DNA of 64,000 nt from a virus. Both the position numbers and the translations under genes were made by a program. The DNA lies in the IMG/VR virus record IMGVR_UViG_3300043777_000056, positions 7,798-71,797 of that record; one strand, written 5' to 3'. This document shows positions 19,301 through 26,897 of the stretch, one piece after another. How positions within the stretch are numbered: position 1 is the first letter of the stretch; every line of letters starts with the position of its first letter. The notes below the pieces were generated by a model. The model saw nothing but the letters and a program-made list of their open reading frames with translations. It was not told the DNA's origin and searched no databases.

Positions 19301-22300
19301 CAGCGTTCTAGGCGCTTGGATACCAAACGCAGTTCGCGCACTTACTCACGCCGAGCCAGAGAACCTTAACCTTAGCGGGCCAAAGGTCAATTCCTTCATG
19401 CGTAACCTACAGGGACACGTTCACGAAGTGACTCTGGATGCCTGGATGGCAAACTTCGCCAAGATAGATCAACGACTATTCGCCGGTAGTTTGAAAGCTA
19501 ACGGCGTGGATCCTGGCAAGCGCCCAGGGTACCTTGGTTACTCCGCCCGCGTGCGCGAAGCCGCCAAGATGGTATCCAGGATAACTGGTGAGAAGTGGAC
19601 GCCGGCCGAGATCCAGGAGACAATATGGTCATGGGCCAAGACAGCATACGAAACTGCAGACTCATACGGCGGCTTAGGAAGCGTGCCGGAGCTTGTGCGC
19701 AACAAGGAAATTACCGATGAACTCATCCGAAGCACTCCAGACTTTAAGACCCTCTTCCACTCCGAAGCCTACGAGCCAGTCCTCCGTGGGGCGGGATACG
19801 GTGACCGCCTTGACGAACTACGCGCAGCGAACGAAGCAGACGAGCAACGAGCTGCAAGCAAAGCGGAGCCGCCTGTTAGCCGCGCTCTCCAAAAGCACCT
19901 TGAAGCAGCCGCAGAGCGGCTAGAGTCTCTTCGTCAGGAAGTCAACGAGTCGCGCATCTCGACTCGACGCGCGCGCCAAACAGAGCGCCGACGCAATCCA
20001 AATCAGCAGCAAATGTTCAGCGTGTCAAAACCTGACTCGCCGGAACAGGCCGCGTTTCTTGCAAAGATCAATCCCGAGTCTCACGACACTAGACCACTAA
20101 AGGAAAAGATCGGAGAATTCCTCCATGGCGTCCAGCAAGGGGTATTCAACGAGTTTCATGGCATAGAAAGTTCGTTTAAACAATACGGCGGTGAAGGCCC
20201 CAACCTAGGATTCATGAAGGCCGAGCTGACCCGTAACGCCGGTCAACTACTGTCATCCGCCATCAAAGATGGTGTCCCTATTTGGCGCCAGGGTGAGGTT
20301 GGTCTAGATACCTCTGCCGGGGGCTACCAGGATATTCTAGCGCCACTTGGCAGTAAGGTCGAGGACTGGTACAACGCTCGCGTTGCGCGACGTGCCGCAC
20401 GTCTATACGAAGAAGGTCGAGAGCACAACTTCACTCCCGAAGAGATTGCGGCCGGCAATCGTTTGTGGGATCAGCATCCTGAGTTTGAAAAGGCCTTCCA
20501 GAAGCGCGCTGAATTCTCGCGTCGCATACTAGACTTCGCGGAGCAGGCCGGCATTATCGATGGCGAGGGTAGAAAAACCTGGGAGAACGCCGACCACGTT
20601 CCATTCTATCGATTGATGGGGGATACGGGAGACATCACTGGCGCGACCGCAGGCCGCAGTATAGGTCGCCAGAAAGAACAGATCAAGCGCCTCAAGGGCG
20701 GTGCCGCGCCAATTGCCGATCCTATGACCAGCGAACTCCAGAACTGGGGCTCGCTCATGAAAGCGTCATTGCACAACATGGCTGTGACCCGCGTTATAGA
20801 TGATATGCGGCATCTACAGATGGAAGATGGGCGCCCAGTGATAGAGGCTGGCCGTGCCTCTACCGACATCAAGATCTCGAAAGAAGAATACAAGCAGCGC
20901 CTACTTGATACCGGCGTTGATCCAAAGAGCCTGGACCACAATACTTTCGAGCATCTATACAGCCTGCAGCACGGACAACCCGAAGAACCTAACACCATAT
21001 GGCAGATGGTGAACGGAAAGAAGGTCTACTGGAAAGTGAATGACGAGATGCTTTTCCAGTCTCTGGCGAATCTGAACAATGGCGGCCAGTCTGAATTCAT
21101 GAAGTTCTGGTCCAAGTGGGTAGGCGCTCCCGCGCGCCTACTGCGCAAGACCATTGTCAACACTCCGGTATTCGCGGCCAAGATTGCAGTGCGCCATACC
21201 CAATACCTATGGGTAACCGGCCGGTATGGCTCGAAGTCTATCTCGCCTGAATTCGTGCCTCTACTGAATTCTGTTCAGGGCTTCTGGTCAATCATGCGCA
21301 ATAGCGAGGAAGCCAAACAGTGGAAGGCTGCTGGAGGCCTCTTCAGTGACGCTATGAGCTACGGAGAGCCGGTCAACGCGGCGCGTAGGCTCAAGATGCG
21401 TCTAGCCGCCAAGAGCGTCCCTGGGACCGTCCTAAGCAGCCTGACAGCGGTTGCTGACTTCTACCATCGCTTTCTGAACGCCGCTGAGGGCATGAACCGT
21501 ATCGCGATTGCCAACTCCTCGCTTAAAGCCGGAGCATCCAGAACGCAGGCGGCCCACGCGGCACGCAAGGTTCTGGACTACACCCAGAAGGGAAACCACT
21601 GGGCAATCAAGATGGCGATCACTTCCATTCCATTCACAACTGGACACTTAGCCGGTCTCGACGCCCTCAAGAAGTCCATGATGACGAATCCAACCGGGTT
21701 CCTATTCCGTGGCGGACTGCTCGCCGCTGGAGCCGTGGCTTACGCCGCGATGAACCAGAAGAACCCGGACTATTTAGCCCTGACTGATGACCAGAAGACG
21801 AACTACTTCCACTTCTTCAATGTCTTCAAGCAGGGCGACCATTGGCAGATCCCGAAGTCCTTCGAGGACGGCGCGATCTTCGTGACCATCCCAGAGGCCA
21901 TTACCAACTACGCCCTGTCGAGCGATAATGACCGCCTGCGTCAGGCCGCAAATCTGGCTGGTCACTCTCTCAAACAAGCGTTCGAGTACGATTACATGCC
22001 GACCGAGATCAGGCCGATCTACGATCTGGCAACCAACACCCAGCACTATAGCGGGGCGCCAGTACTGAGCCAACAGGATCTTGACGTGGCCCCTCAGCAG
22101 CAGGATGCGCCATACGTCAGTCCTACATTGCGCATGTTCGCGCAGAACATGCCTGATGCAGCTCCGGACTGGCTAAAGTCTCCCAAACAGGTTCAGTTTT
22201 TGGCGAGCAGTTATATCGGCACCATGGGTCAATACGTCACCGCTATAACAGATGCGATGATTCGTCAGGCCCAGGGTGTGACCGCGCCCGCGCGCCCGAA

Positions 22301-22784
22301 CGCTGTCGCCGGCCTACCGTCTGTCAACCAGATCTACAAGGTTGGGCCGTCATTGCGCACCAAGTACACGGACAGCATGTACACGGTGGCCAAAAACATT
22401 GCACAGATTTCCGCGACCGAGAAGAAGATGGAAGCCGGCGATGAGGGTAAGAAGGTCATGGACTACAATCGCGAACATGCGTTCGAGCTTGGCGTGAAGT
22501 CGAGCTATGACGCCGCTACCAAGCAAGTGGCCCAGATCCGTCACTACATCCTCCAGGTCCAGCAAGATAAGAACTTGAATCCACAGGATAAAGAGGATCG
22601 CATCGAGAAGGCGCAAGAGTCGATTAACAAGATCGCTGAACAGCTCTACAAGCTACGCCCAGGCGGTCCCCTCGACAAGACATCTCACAAATTGATAGGC
22701 GCTACCCTACCTCAGAAGGTAGGCGTGCTACAGTCTGCCGGACTCCCTGCGACGGCTTCTTTGATACGAGACATGGCGGCATAG
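13362..22784 (+). CDS. Giant polyvalent ejection protein (3140 aa): zeta-toxin-like P-loop kinase, LPD-type domain, zincin-like metallopeptidase, GNAT, HhH-glycosylase-like domain, LPD38-like C-terminus
   Basis: GGSDSGKS Walker A plus RAMKFGRTVP; FRIVHDYFGH; HELVGHYG; ARGQGHG...SPSAARLY; GWY...SAMSP...GPKVNSF...TLDAWM...IQETIW; WQIPKSFEDG. Confidence 0.85.
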   Translation: MDVNLPDGTTVKGVPDDMTRDQFVQKAKANGMNIPDEWLGASQVHAQPTQSPAAPPAQTSNEPSMDEINRRHLTRQGDQWIDPTAPRDRTKDPNSEFENVVTRAGSTLVGMAKDLPNAAAALTDPEALLRGSNKLAGIMGMGTDPFGATARAMKAKGIDYDPVPEWAKHGKGLSNAIMNSSHAYQDFMGGVQDRVESALTPSFRDAANKPMMEGLRDPEWYLNGLGTAAAYALPSIGPIATASRLGYATRMASLAGRTDMEMAQKVASSIAAGQKAGAAVGGVTNAAIMGGQTGQEVRDALGKLDEATLMNYPEYRKAREQGKSDVEARQEFISNRANEATLLSGLAAELPTQALNKFIAHAAVGHAIARTTAGAALKGTIEGGVAGALGMTGMGTVERAEEDKNKDFYGALKQATKDDSLSGALFGAVIGGGLAGGAHGRIPTTQAEDLARGAEKAKTASDVQKAMQSKADAEAAEAAEKRQKAGTASDQDSGAAGRAEAKAERISAEQAQENHETLVRAQQDFIAAHERVKAIEAHVADPSVPVNYNELERARNERAKAYDDFAEAADSAGILTARKQSGQVQNNVGQASERSNEGTVRRADQRGDGSGRERSVELEGPKLDGSSADAASSGNERVGREVEPLAGSGRGATGVEPGDGRISGRRNQGSEHPQPLEEVGPLPGTEEQKRGRVLDNVEETKLGGPMPPLEETKKAQETHAGEANEPSAASERDKVQKALAERQVSNKQYASNYADIPESNRALTPDQKRVEDRMKAIVADVPAAEQAYSQVAGTEGGRIINTDLARKLSPDYDKDNQSRALHSNSVQEPSSWLADKLYFRRLAEPPGESKTVLATAGGSDSGKSISLSSKDAKKADIVYDGNMNNLPKTRRRIKAALDSGRDFHIQFTFRDPIAAWKEGVLPRAMKFGRTVPAEAHADTHNGSFKTVMALAKQYANDPRVKISVVDVDDASVKTLQDVAKKRYHITPDELRKIAIEEYKNGRITDTVLRGVAGPGAERLARSGKDNGRVSGKPVGEAGKRAGSAGEAGKGNGRDSSGEGGDRAKSQEEARLGEGVPGQVQVEPLKGMPTSVDVPGKGKIAFGPETRAQAAAADYAKRAGIKYDPPRDYKKVNVDTAKQIAKAYDEMKNDPTDPKVKASYDALIKETLDQFQSIKATGLKIEFIEPGQKDPYAASPRLAIMDARDNNHLWVYPTESGFGGNVVNIGLKVGENDKITRGEAEAALRAKGVDIVSSNVHESNTEPTLVARLSRPLTTSEAHDVSTKLKQESIAQLVGQKGELHGPNAEQWRPFNPDYFLTESGDVLSKVQQNPMLRETDELIGGRRLLANDVFRIVHDYFGHIKEGIGFRADGEENAWRQHAAMYSDLARGAMTTETRGQNSWLNYGPHGENNRTAKASETIYAEQKAGLLPDRFTVDSPEPIKTGESVAEVLPVFRVGSEGTERERQLIWGGNPKDIPYANEKDRSVIAGGGIDAKTSEAIKSHIRQEFGFDVQIVNHPEDVPYIDRWAAENLPISAVFTDNVDGGTVHLIAGNLGSFEHGVTAATHELVGHYGTRAVLGGRGSDNYNIMMDAITRAFPGRVREMAIKNGISMSHPDKSIREMRRRSAAEELVAYAAEKSIDGKRLRPGMFQQIVDMFRSFLRNIGVLKTANESDIASLIDRSADYVRRGGAERMRTRDQISLDISGQPREYAFQTNDKTSYRVNLPSVEHSFDETGEHRLSTSAGEMLAQESGKYLNVKRSDVESAARGQGHGVAMLEKAASVAFERGLKLGSDISVSPSAARLYDALERRGYEVTRNPADISETTGNYVSRDHRVPVFEVAPQQSYKVGREKTARDILGEVASHLTKEEKAKLTRVSAEKVLDVFKNLPDAKEFASAALAGKAKRGWYRESAKAIANVFGPDGPRFTALLSAMSPRVSVEMNLHNALHTFINWDKAGRPQKRGEIVKIMGDSVLGDQGKNSVLGAWIPNAVRALTHAEPENLNLSGPKVNSFMRNLQGHVHEVTLDAWMANFAKIDQRLFAGSLKANGVDPGKRPGYLGYSARVREAAKMVSRITGEKWTPAEIQETIWSWAKTAYETADSYGGLGSVPELVRNKEITDELIRSTPDFKTLFHSEAYEPVLRGAGYGDRLDELRAANEADEQRAASKAEPPVSRALQKHLEAAAERLESLRQEVNESRISTRRARQTERRRNPNQQQMFSVSKPDSPEQAAFLAKINPESHDTRPLKEKIGEFLHGVQQGVFNEFHGIESSFKQYGGEGPNLGFMKAELTRNAGQLLSSAIKDGVPIWRQGEVGLDTSAGGYQDILAPLGSKVEDWYNARVARRAARLYEEGREHNFTPEEIAAGNRLWDQHPEFEKAFQKRAEFSRRILDFAEQAGIIDGEGRKTWENADHVPFYRLMGDTGDITGATAGRSIGRQKEQIKRLKGGAAPIADPMTSELQNWGSLMKASLHNMAVTRVIDDMRHLQMEDGRPVIEAGRASTDIKISKEEYKQRLLDTGVDPKSLDHNTFEHLYSLQHGQPEEPNTIWQMVNGKKVYWKVNDEMLFQSLANLNNGGQSEFMKFWSKWVGAPARLLRKTIVNTPVFAAKIAVRHTQYLWVTGRYGSKSISPEFVPLLNSVQGFWSIMRNSEEAKQWKAAGGLFSDAMSYGEPVNAARRLKMRLAAKSVPGTVLSSLTAVADFYHRFLNAAEGMNRIAIANSSLKAGASRTQAAHAARKVLDYTQKGNHWAIKMAITSIPFTTGHLAGLDALKKSMMTNPTGFLFRGGLLAAGAVAYAAMNQKNPDYLALTDDQKTNYFHFFNVFKQGDHWQIPKSFEDGAIFVTIPEAITNYALSSDNDRLRQAANLAGHSLKQAFEYDYMPTEIRPIYDLATNTQHYSGAPVLSQQDLDVAPQQQDAPYVSPTLRMFAQNMPDAAPDWLKSPKQVQFLASSYIGTMGQYVTAITDAMIRQAQGVTAPARPNAVAGLPSVNQIYKVGPSLRTKYTDSMYTVAKNIAQISATEKKMEAGDEGKKVMDYNREHAFELGVKSSYDAATKQVAQIRHYILQVQQDKNLNPQDKEDRIEKAQESINKIAEQLYKLRPGGPLDKTSHKLIGATLPQKVGVLQSAGLPATASLIRDMAA
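15121..15390 (+). CDS. Candidate nested ORF (+1 frame) upstream of the zeta-like domain
   Basis: ATG-to-TAG 89 aa with mostly G/C-ending codons. The host frame here is G/R-rich with CGA/GGA/AGA codons. Weak RBS. Confidence 0.4.
   Translation: MSGKQAKDLTKEPFDGPISAETGADVSGVSNSKGPSSMGRAQTRRHPGMSGSGGKSNRWQGQVGARPESNPETDGYLDVGIKDRNIRSR
16360..16605 (+). CDS. Nested ORF (+1 frame, 81 aa) directly after the zeta-like domain; candidate antitoxin
   Basis: GAGGA RBS before the ATG. Charged helical product with GAG/AAG/CAG/CTG codons, while the host frame becomes an A-ending GGA/GAA/AGA linker. Confidence 0.6.
   Translation: MGESQIRSSEGSPAQVLKDWLVAEKIMDEYPESQWEKQVKEQVPLAKQERAMEEIRQEKAEIEQSHKKKLDWEKVYPDRYK
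19717..19923 (+). CDS. Candidate nested ORF (+1 frame, 68 aa) after the HhH-like domain
   Basis: AAGGA RBS upstream of the ATG; helical basic C-terminal half. Confidence 0.35.
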   Translation: MNSSEALQTLRPSSTPKPTSQSSVGRDTVTALTNYAQRTKQTSNELQAKRSRLLAALSKSTLKQPQSG

Positions 22785-22787
22785 ATC

Positions 22788-23054
22788 ATGAGTGACGAAT
22801 CACCACTTCTGCTCCAGACACTGCTTGAGATCAAGGGCGACATAGGCTCTCTCAAGTCTATGACTCAAACTACGCTCGAAACTTTGAGCAAGCACATCCT
22901 TGAGGACAAGGAAATTAAGCAAGACGTGGAAAAACTCAAGCTGGCCGCCGCGCAGAATACCGGAGCGCGCAAGGCGCTGAAGATCGCTGGCAACGTAGTG
23001 GGAACAGTACTTGGAGTAGTTGGCGGCTATCTGGGCGCCAAGCACAACCTTTAG
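22788..23054 (+). CDS. Small membrane-anchored protein (holin/antiholin-like)
   Basis: Coiled coil plus one C-terminal hydrophobic helix; directly before the endolysin. Confidence 0.55.
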   Translation: MSDESPLLLQTLLEIKGDIGSLKSMTQTTLETLSKHILEDKEIKQDVEKLKLAAAQNTGARKALKIAGNVVGTVLGVVGGYLGAKHNL

Positions 23055-23056
23055 CC

Positions 23057-23506
23057 ATGGAACTCGGTACCGCCGGCACAAAACTAATTCAGTCCTTCGA
23101 GCAGTGCAGACTGACTGCTTACCAGGATCAGCGCGGTATCTGGACCGTGGGCTGGGGGCACACTGGGCACGAGGTAGTGCCGGGTCTAGTATGGACCCAG
23201 GAACAGGCTGACTCCACCTTCAAGCTGGACACCGTTATCGCAGTTGCCTGCGTGAATCATTCGGTAACCGCCCCGGTGAATCAAGCGGAATTCGACGCCA
23301 TGGTATCTCTGTGTTTCAACATCGGCATCGGAAATTTTCATAACTCAAGCTTTGTCAAAGCCATGAACTCTGGCGCCGGGCCCCAGGCCGAGCACGATAC
23401 CTTCGTGGAATGGGATCACACAAACTCACGAGTCAATCCAGGTCTTGACATGCGCCGGCAGCAGGAGTGGCGACTGTTCAGCACCGGAAAATCGGTGTTC
23501 GGATGA
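23057..23506 (+). CDS. Endolysin, GH24 lysozyme
   Basis: FEQCRLTAYQDQRGIWTVGWGHT (E-x8-D-x5-T triad), FDAMVSLCFNIG, GLDMRRQQE. Confidence 0.95.
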   Translation: MELGTAGTKLIQSFEQCRLTAYQDQRGIWTVGWGHTGHEVVPGLVWTQEQADSTFKLDTVIAVACVNHSVTAPVNQAEFDAMVSLCFNIGIGNFHNSSFVKAMNSGAGPQAEHDTFVEWDHTNSRVNPGLDMRRQQEWRLFSTGKSVFG

Positions 23507-23742
23507 AGTTCGGTGACTACACAGAGACCCGCGCGGCGCTCGCCGTCACCGGACTAGCCATCATAACCACTCTCGTGGCCACACACCGCATCGGTGACGT
23601 GGTCTTCGGTTCCTGTTTCTGTGCTATATTGGCGATGTACACGGCCCATTGCATTATGGACGACAAGTGGCCAGACGCTCCTCTGAGAGAAGAAAAAAAT
23701 ATCAGCGAGAATATCGCAGAAGGGTCTACAAAGACCCAGTAA
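23503..23742 (+). CDS. Putative holin (2 TM)
   Basis: ATGA overlap with the lysozyme stop; two hydrophobic segments and a charged tail. Confidence 0.6.
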   Translation: MKFGDYTETRAALAVTGLAIITTLVATHRIGDVVFGSCFCAILAMYTAHCIMDDKWPDAPLREEKNISENIAEGSTKTQ

Positions 23743-24062
23743 AGAAGGCTGAGATAATTAAGCAGTCTATACAGTGGGTAAGGGATAACAAGGAAAGAAG
23801 ACGCGCATACATGCGTCGATACAAAGGATTACCTGAACCTACGCGCCCCGAGCCTGATAATTGTGAATGTTGTGGGCAACCAGAGATAAGAAAAAGAGCA
23901 CTAGCCCTAGATCATGATCACCGTACCGGAGCTTTTCGTGGATGGTTATGCACAAGATGTAACCATGCGCTTGGCAATCTCGGCGACGATATTCATGGTG
24001 TGTTAAGATTGCTATCGTACATGGAAAGATCCAGGAATCCACCAGATGAGTCTAGTAAGTGA
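23667..24062 (+). CDS. Endonuclease VII-family homing endonuclease
   Basis: CECCG...LALDHDHRTGAFRGWLCTRCNHALG; AT-rich. Start codon uncertain (GTG chosen). Confidence 0.85.
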   Translation: MARRSSERRKKYQREYRRRVYKDPVKKAEIIKQSIQWVRDNKERRRAYMRRYKGLPEPTRPEPDNCECCGQPEIRKRALALDHDHRTGAFRGWLCTRCNHALGNLGDDIHGVLRLLSYMERSRNPPDESSK

Positions 24063-24501
24063 TGCAGTTTCTGCGGTAGCTACCCCGATCAAGCCATACC
24101 TGCTCGCGATCAAGATCGCGGCAATCGTCGGCGCGGTGTCCCTCATAGGATTCCTTAGCTGGCGCGTCCATGTGGACGGACAGCAGATCGGGGCTCTGAA
24201 AGTCACAGTGGCACAGGCCCAGGCCGATAACAAGGCCGACATGAACACCATCAACCAGCTGCGAGACGCGAACGCCGAATGGGTCGCGCAGGATGCAGCC
24301 AACAAGGCGAAGATCGATGAACTCACCACGGCACTATCTGACCAGCAACACAGCCTGGATGCTTCCAGACTATCCGTACAAAATGCACAGAGCGCCGAGA
24401 CGGCTCCGTCTCAGGTTAGCCTGCGTAGCACTCGGATTGATGGGGCTGACGATCAGCTCGCTCAGCGGTTGCGCAACGAGTCCGCCGCTAACTCGCACTG
24501 A
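24046..24501 (+). CDS. Inner-membrane spanin (Rz-like)
   Basis: N-terminal TM helix then coiled coil; in the lysis cassette. Confidence 0.75.
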   Translation: MSLVSDAVSAVATPIKPYLLAIKIAAIVGAVSLIGFLSWRVHVDGQQIGALKVTVAQAQADNKADMNTINQLRDANAEWVAQDAANKAKIDELTTALSDQQHSLDASRLSVQNAQSAETAPSQVSLRSTRIDGADDQLAQRLRNESAANSH

Positions 24502-24721
24502 GACCGTCACGGTCCAGGTGCCGGTAGCTATTCAGCTCCCCGCTGGCGCCCTCGATCACTGTACGACGAAGGTGCAGCTCCCACAATCAGGATCTCTGAC
24601 AGTTGGGGATCTTGCGAATTGGGCTGAGGATCTTTCGCTGACTCTGACTGCGTGCAACCAGAAGATTGACTCGATTGCGGAGGCGCTGGCTCCGGATATG
24701 GCGTCTGTTTCAGCAAAATAG
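24383..24721 (+). CDS. Outer-membrane lipoprotein spanin (Rz1-like)
   Basis: Basic N-terminus, hydrophobic stretch, lipobox LSGC, Pro-rich part, ACNQKI; overlaps the i-spanin in the +1 frame. Confidence 0.8.
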   Translation: MHRAPRRLRLRLACVALGLMGLTISSLSGCATSPPLTRTETVTVQVPVAIQLPAGALDHCTTKVQLPQSGSLTVGDLANWAEDLSLTLTACNQKIDSIAEALAPDMASVSAK

Positions 24722-24780
24722 TCAAGAAGAAGGCGAACATAACCGCAGATACGGCTACCAGTACTCTGATAGCCCATACC

Positions 24781-25344
24781 TCAAGAAGATCCTTCTCGTA
24801 TTTCTTGTTCACGTTTCTTCCTCGCCTGTTTGGCCCGGTAACGTTTGATAGCCGCCGGCAACGCTTCTAGCGGTACCAGCATCGAATTGAATATCTCCCA
24901 CTCAGCTGGCGGCACTTCAGGCGCGTGCGACACACCAACCATCTCGCGCTCACCATTCCATACTCGGGACTCAAAGCGCACGTTTGAGAACTGACACTTG
25001 CCAGCAGCCAGCGCCTGGGCGCGGAACTCCGGCGTACAGTCGATACAGAAGTTGGCATCACCCGGCTGATCATTACGGTATGGGATGTCATCCGTATCGG
25101 CCGCCAGCGCGAGCCATGCGTGCCATTCCTTCAGCGCAATATCAAGATCGCCAAAGCGGAAAACAAAACAAGCTGGTGGCACATCCAGACTAGATTGCTT
25201 TGGAAGACGTTCCCAATTGACTCCATGTCTCTCAAGCTTCGCCCGTAGCGCGTCGAGAAATCCTGACGGTCCCTTAGATCCACGCGCCGGAACACGAGAT
25301 GGTGATTCTGGAGCCTCGATTTCCCCGTCTTCATCCTCGATCAC
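24781..25344 (-). CDS. Hypothetical protein
   Basis: 187-aa ORF coupled within the leftward operon; FCIDC motif. Confidence 0.65.
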   Translation of the reverse strand: MIEDEDGEIEAPESPSRVPARGSKGPSGFLDALRAKLERHGVNWERLPKQSSLDVPPACFVFRFGDLDIALKEWHAWLALAADTDDIPYRNDQPGDANFCIDCTPEFRAQALAAGKCQFSNVRFESRVWNGEREMVGVSHAPEVPPAEWEIFNSMLVPLEALPAAIKRYRAKQARKKREQEIREGSS

Positions 25345-25772
25345 TTCAAGGATTCATTCGTGAAAAGCGGTCCCAGGGGCACGTATACGCCCGCTGGGCC
25401 GACGTACGGCATCCAGGTACTCATGGCCTCAACCAGATCGTTTCGGTCCACAGTGGCCTTCCTGTTGCCTATAATGATGACCAGATTGGTACCACACCGC
25501 AATGCCCACTCGGCCGCGTGATACAGCTTTGTGGCCTTGACCGATGGCCCATTGTCCTTTGAGGCCACCAGGACACCCACTACCTTGATCTTGCCGTCAT
25601 CGGTGTAGAACGCCCAGGTCGAGCCCTCTACGAGCTGCGCCTTGACCTTCCACTTCTTTGCCCAGGTTTCGGCAAGCTCAGTGGTCTCCTGGAAGTCTTT
25701 TAGGACAGCCAAGAGACCACTTTCGACTTCGGCAGGGCTTCGGTTATTGGTCACGCTGGACTCCTTTTCCAC
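25341..25772 (-). CDS. Hypothetical protein
   Basis: 143-aa ORF with G/C-ending codons; GTGA coupling to the downstream gene. Confidence 0.65.
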   Translation of the reverse strand: MEKESSVTNNRSPAEVESGLLAVLKDFQETTELAETWAKKWKVKAQLVEGSTWAFYTDDGKIKVVGVLVASKDNGPSVKATKLYHAAEWALRCGTNLVIIIGNRKATVDRNDLVEAMSTWMPYVGPAGVYVPLGPLFTNESLK

Positions 25773-26098
25773 TCTTGACGGTCGTATGTGCGGCGTTTAT
25801 GGCATATGGCACAAACTACATCGCACTTGATCAACTCCGCCATGAGACGTACGAGGCTGGTGCCTTTGGTGATCAAATCAGAGATGCGTACTTGCGCCTT
25901 TGCGCCAACGTTTTCTCGATGATCGAATTCATGGGGCGTATCGTCATCCGGCGGCGCCCAGCAGTCAACACATGGACGAGAAGACAGGTACAGTCGGCGG
26001 AATCTTATATTTAGAGACCTATACCTACCAGAGCGAACGCGGGCCTTTTCGCGCTGCTCAACTTGATTTTTCTCGTACCATTCACTCGAATAGGCCAC
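25751..26098 (-). CDS. HNH endonuclease-like protein
   Basis: CVDC...EFDH...KCDVVCAICHKRRT; AAGGA RBS. Confidence 0.75.
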   Translation of the reverse strand: MAYSSEWYEKNQVEQREKARVRSGRYRSLNIRFRRLYLSSRPCVDCWAPPDDDTPHEFDHRENVGAKAQVRISDLITKGTSLVRLMAELIKCDVVCAICHKRRTYDRQEWKRSPA

Positions 26099-26112
26099 AA
26101 TAAGTCCTTATT

Positions 26113-26616
26113 TCAGAAAGGAACATCGTCGTCGAACTCTTCCGACGAGTCATCCTGCTCCTCGGCTGGCGGCGCCGGTCGTCGCTGCTGCGGCTTTGTA
26201 GCCTGCTTGGGGGCAGGCTTGGCAGGGCGGCGCGGTGGTGGCGTAGGAGCCTCTTCCTCTTCTTCCTCGGCAGCTTCCTGACGGTCGCTGACCTTACTGG
26301 GCGGGAAGTCGATGGCATCGACAATAGCAACGGTCTTGTACTTTTTCTCGCCGGTTTCTTTGTCGTTCCACTTCTCCGTCTGGATGCGGCCCTGTACGAA
26401 AATGCCGTCACCCTTCTTGAAGTACTGATCGATCACTTCCGCGCGGGCACCGAAGGCCTTGCACGAGAAGAACTCCACCGGGCGCTCATCGCTATCCTTC
26501 GGCTTGTAGCCATCGACAGCGACCGTGAACGAAGCAATGGTGGTGCCACCGCCGGTCGTTCGCAGCTCCGGATCTTTGGTCAATCGACCTTGAATAACCA
26601 ATAACTGATATGACAT
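26113..26616 (-). CDS. ssb: Single-stranded DNA-binding protein
   Basis: GRLTKDPELRTT, KKGDGIFVQGRIQTEKW, acidic tail ending FDDDVPF; GGAG RBS. Confidence 0.95.
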   Translation of the reverse strand: MSYQLLVIQGRLTKDPELRTTGGGTTIASFTVAVDGYKPKDSDERPVEFFSCKAFGARAEVIDQYFKKGDGIFVQGRIQTEKWNDKETGEKKYKTVAIVDAIDFPPSKVSDRQEAAEEEEEEAPTPPPRRPAKPAPKQATKPQQRRPAPPAEEQDDSSEEFDDDVPF

Positions 26617-26618
26617 GT

Positions 26619-26897
26619 TCACTCCAAAGTTGCTTGCCAGACACCACGCCCGTAGACGTGCTTGTACCTTCCAATCATCACATACGACCCAGGAGATGTC
26701 AACTGTTTCCACAGCGACGCAAGCGCTTCATCCAGCGTTGCACCCGAAGCCCGTATTTCCTTGTGATCAGAATCCTTGCCGCCCTTGATCCAAACAATGA
26801 TCTGCGGCCCATCGCCCTCGTTTATGATCTGCGAATAGATCTGTCCCAGTGGTCGCAAATCCCAAGCTATTTTTTCCTTCTGGTTTAAGCGCGGCAT
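26619..26897 (-). CDS. Hypothetical protein
   Basis: TAATG coupling to the upstream gene. Confidence 0.6.
   Translation of the reverse strand: MPRLNQKEKIAWDLRPLGQIYSQIINEGDGPQIIVWIKGGKDSDHKEIRASGATLDEALASLWKQLTSPGSYVMIGRYKHVYGRGVWQATLE

Noticed and set aside
24528-24812. 94-aa minus-strand ORF with one hydrophobic helix
   Set aside because: Mostly antisense to the o-spanin. A short real membrane peptide cannot be excluded, but support is too weak to list.
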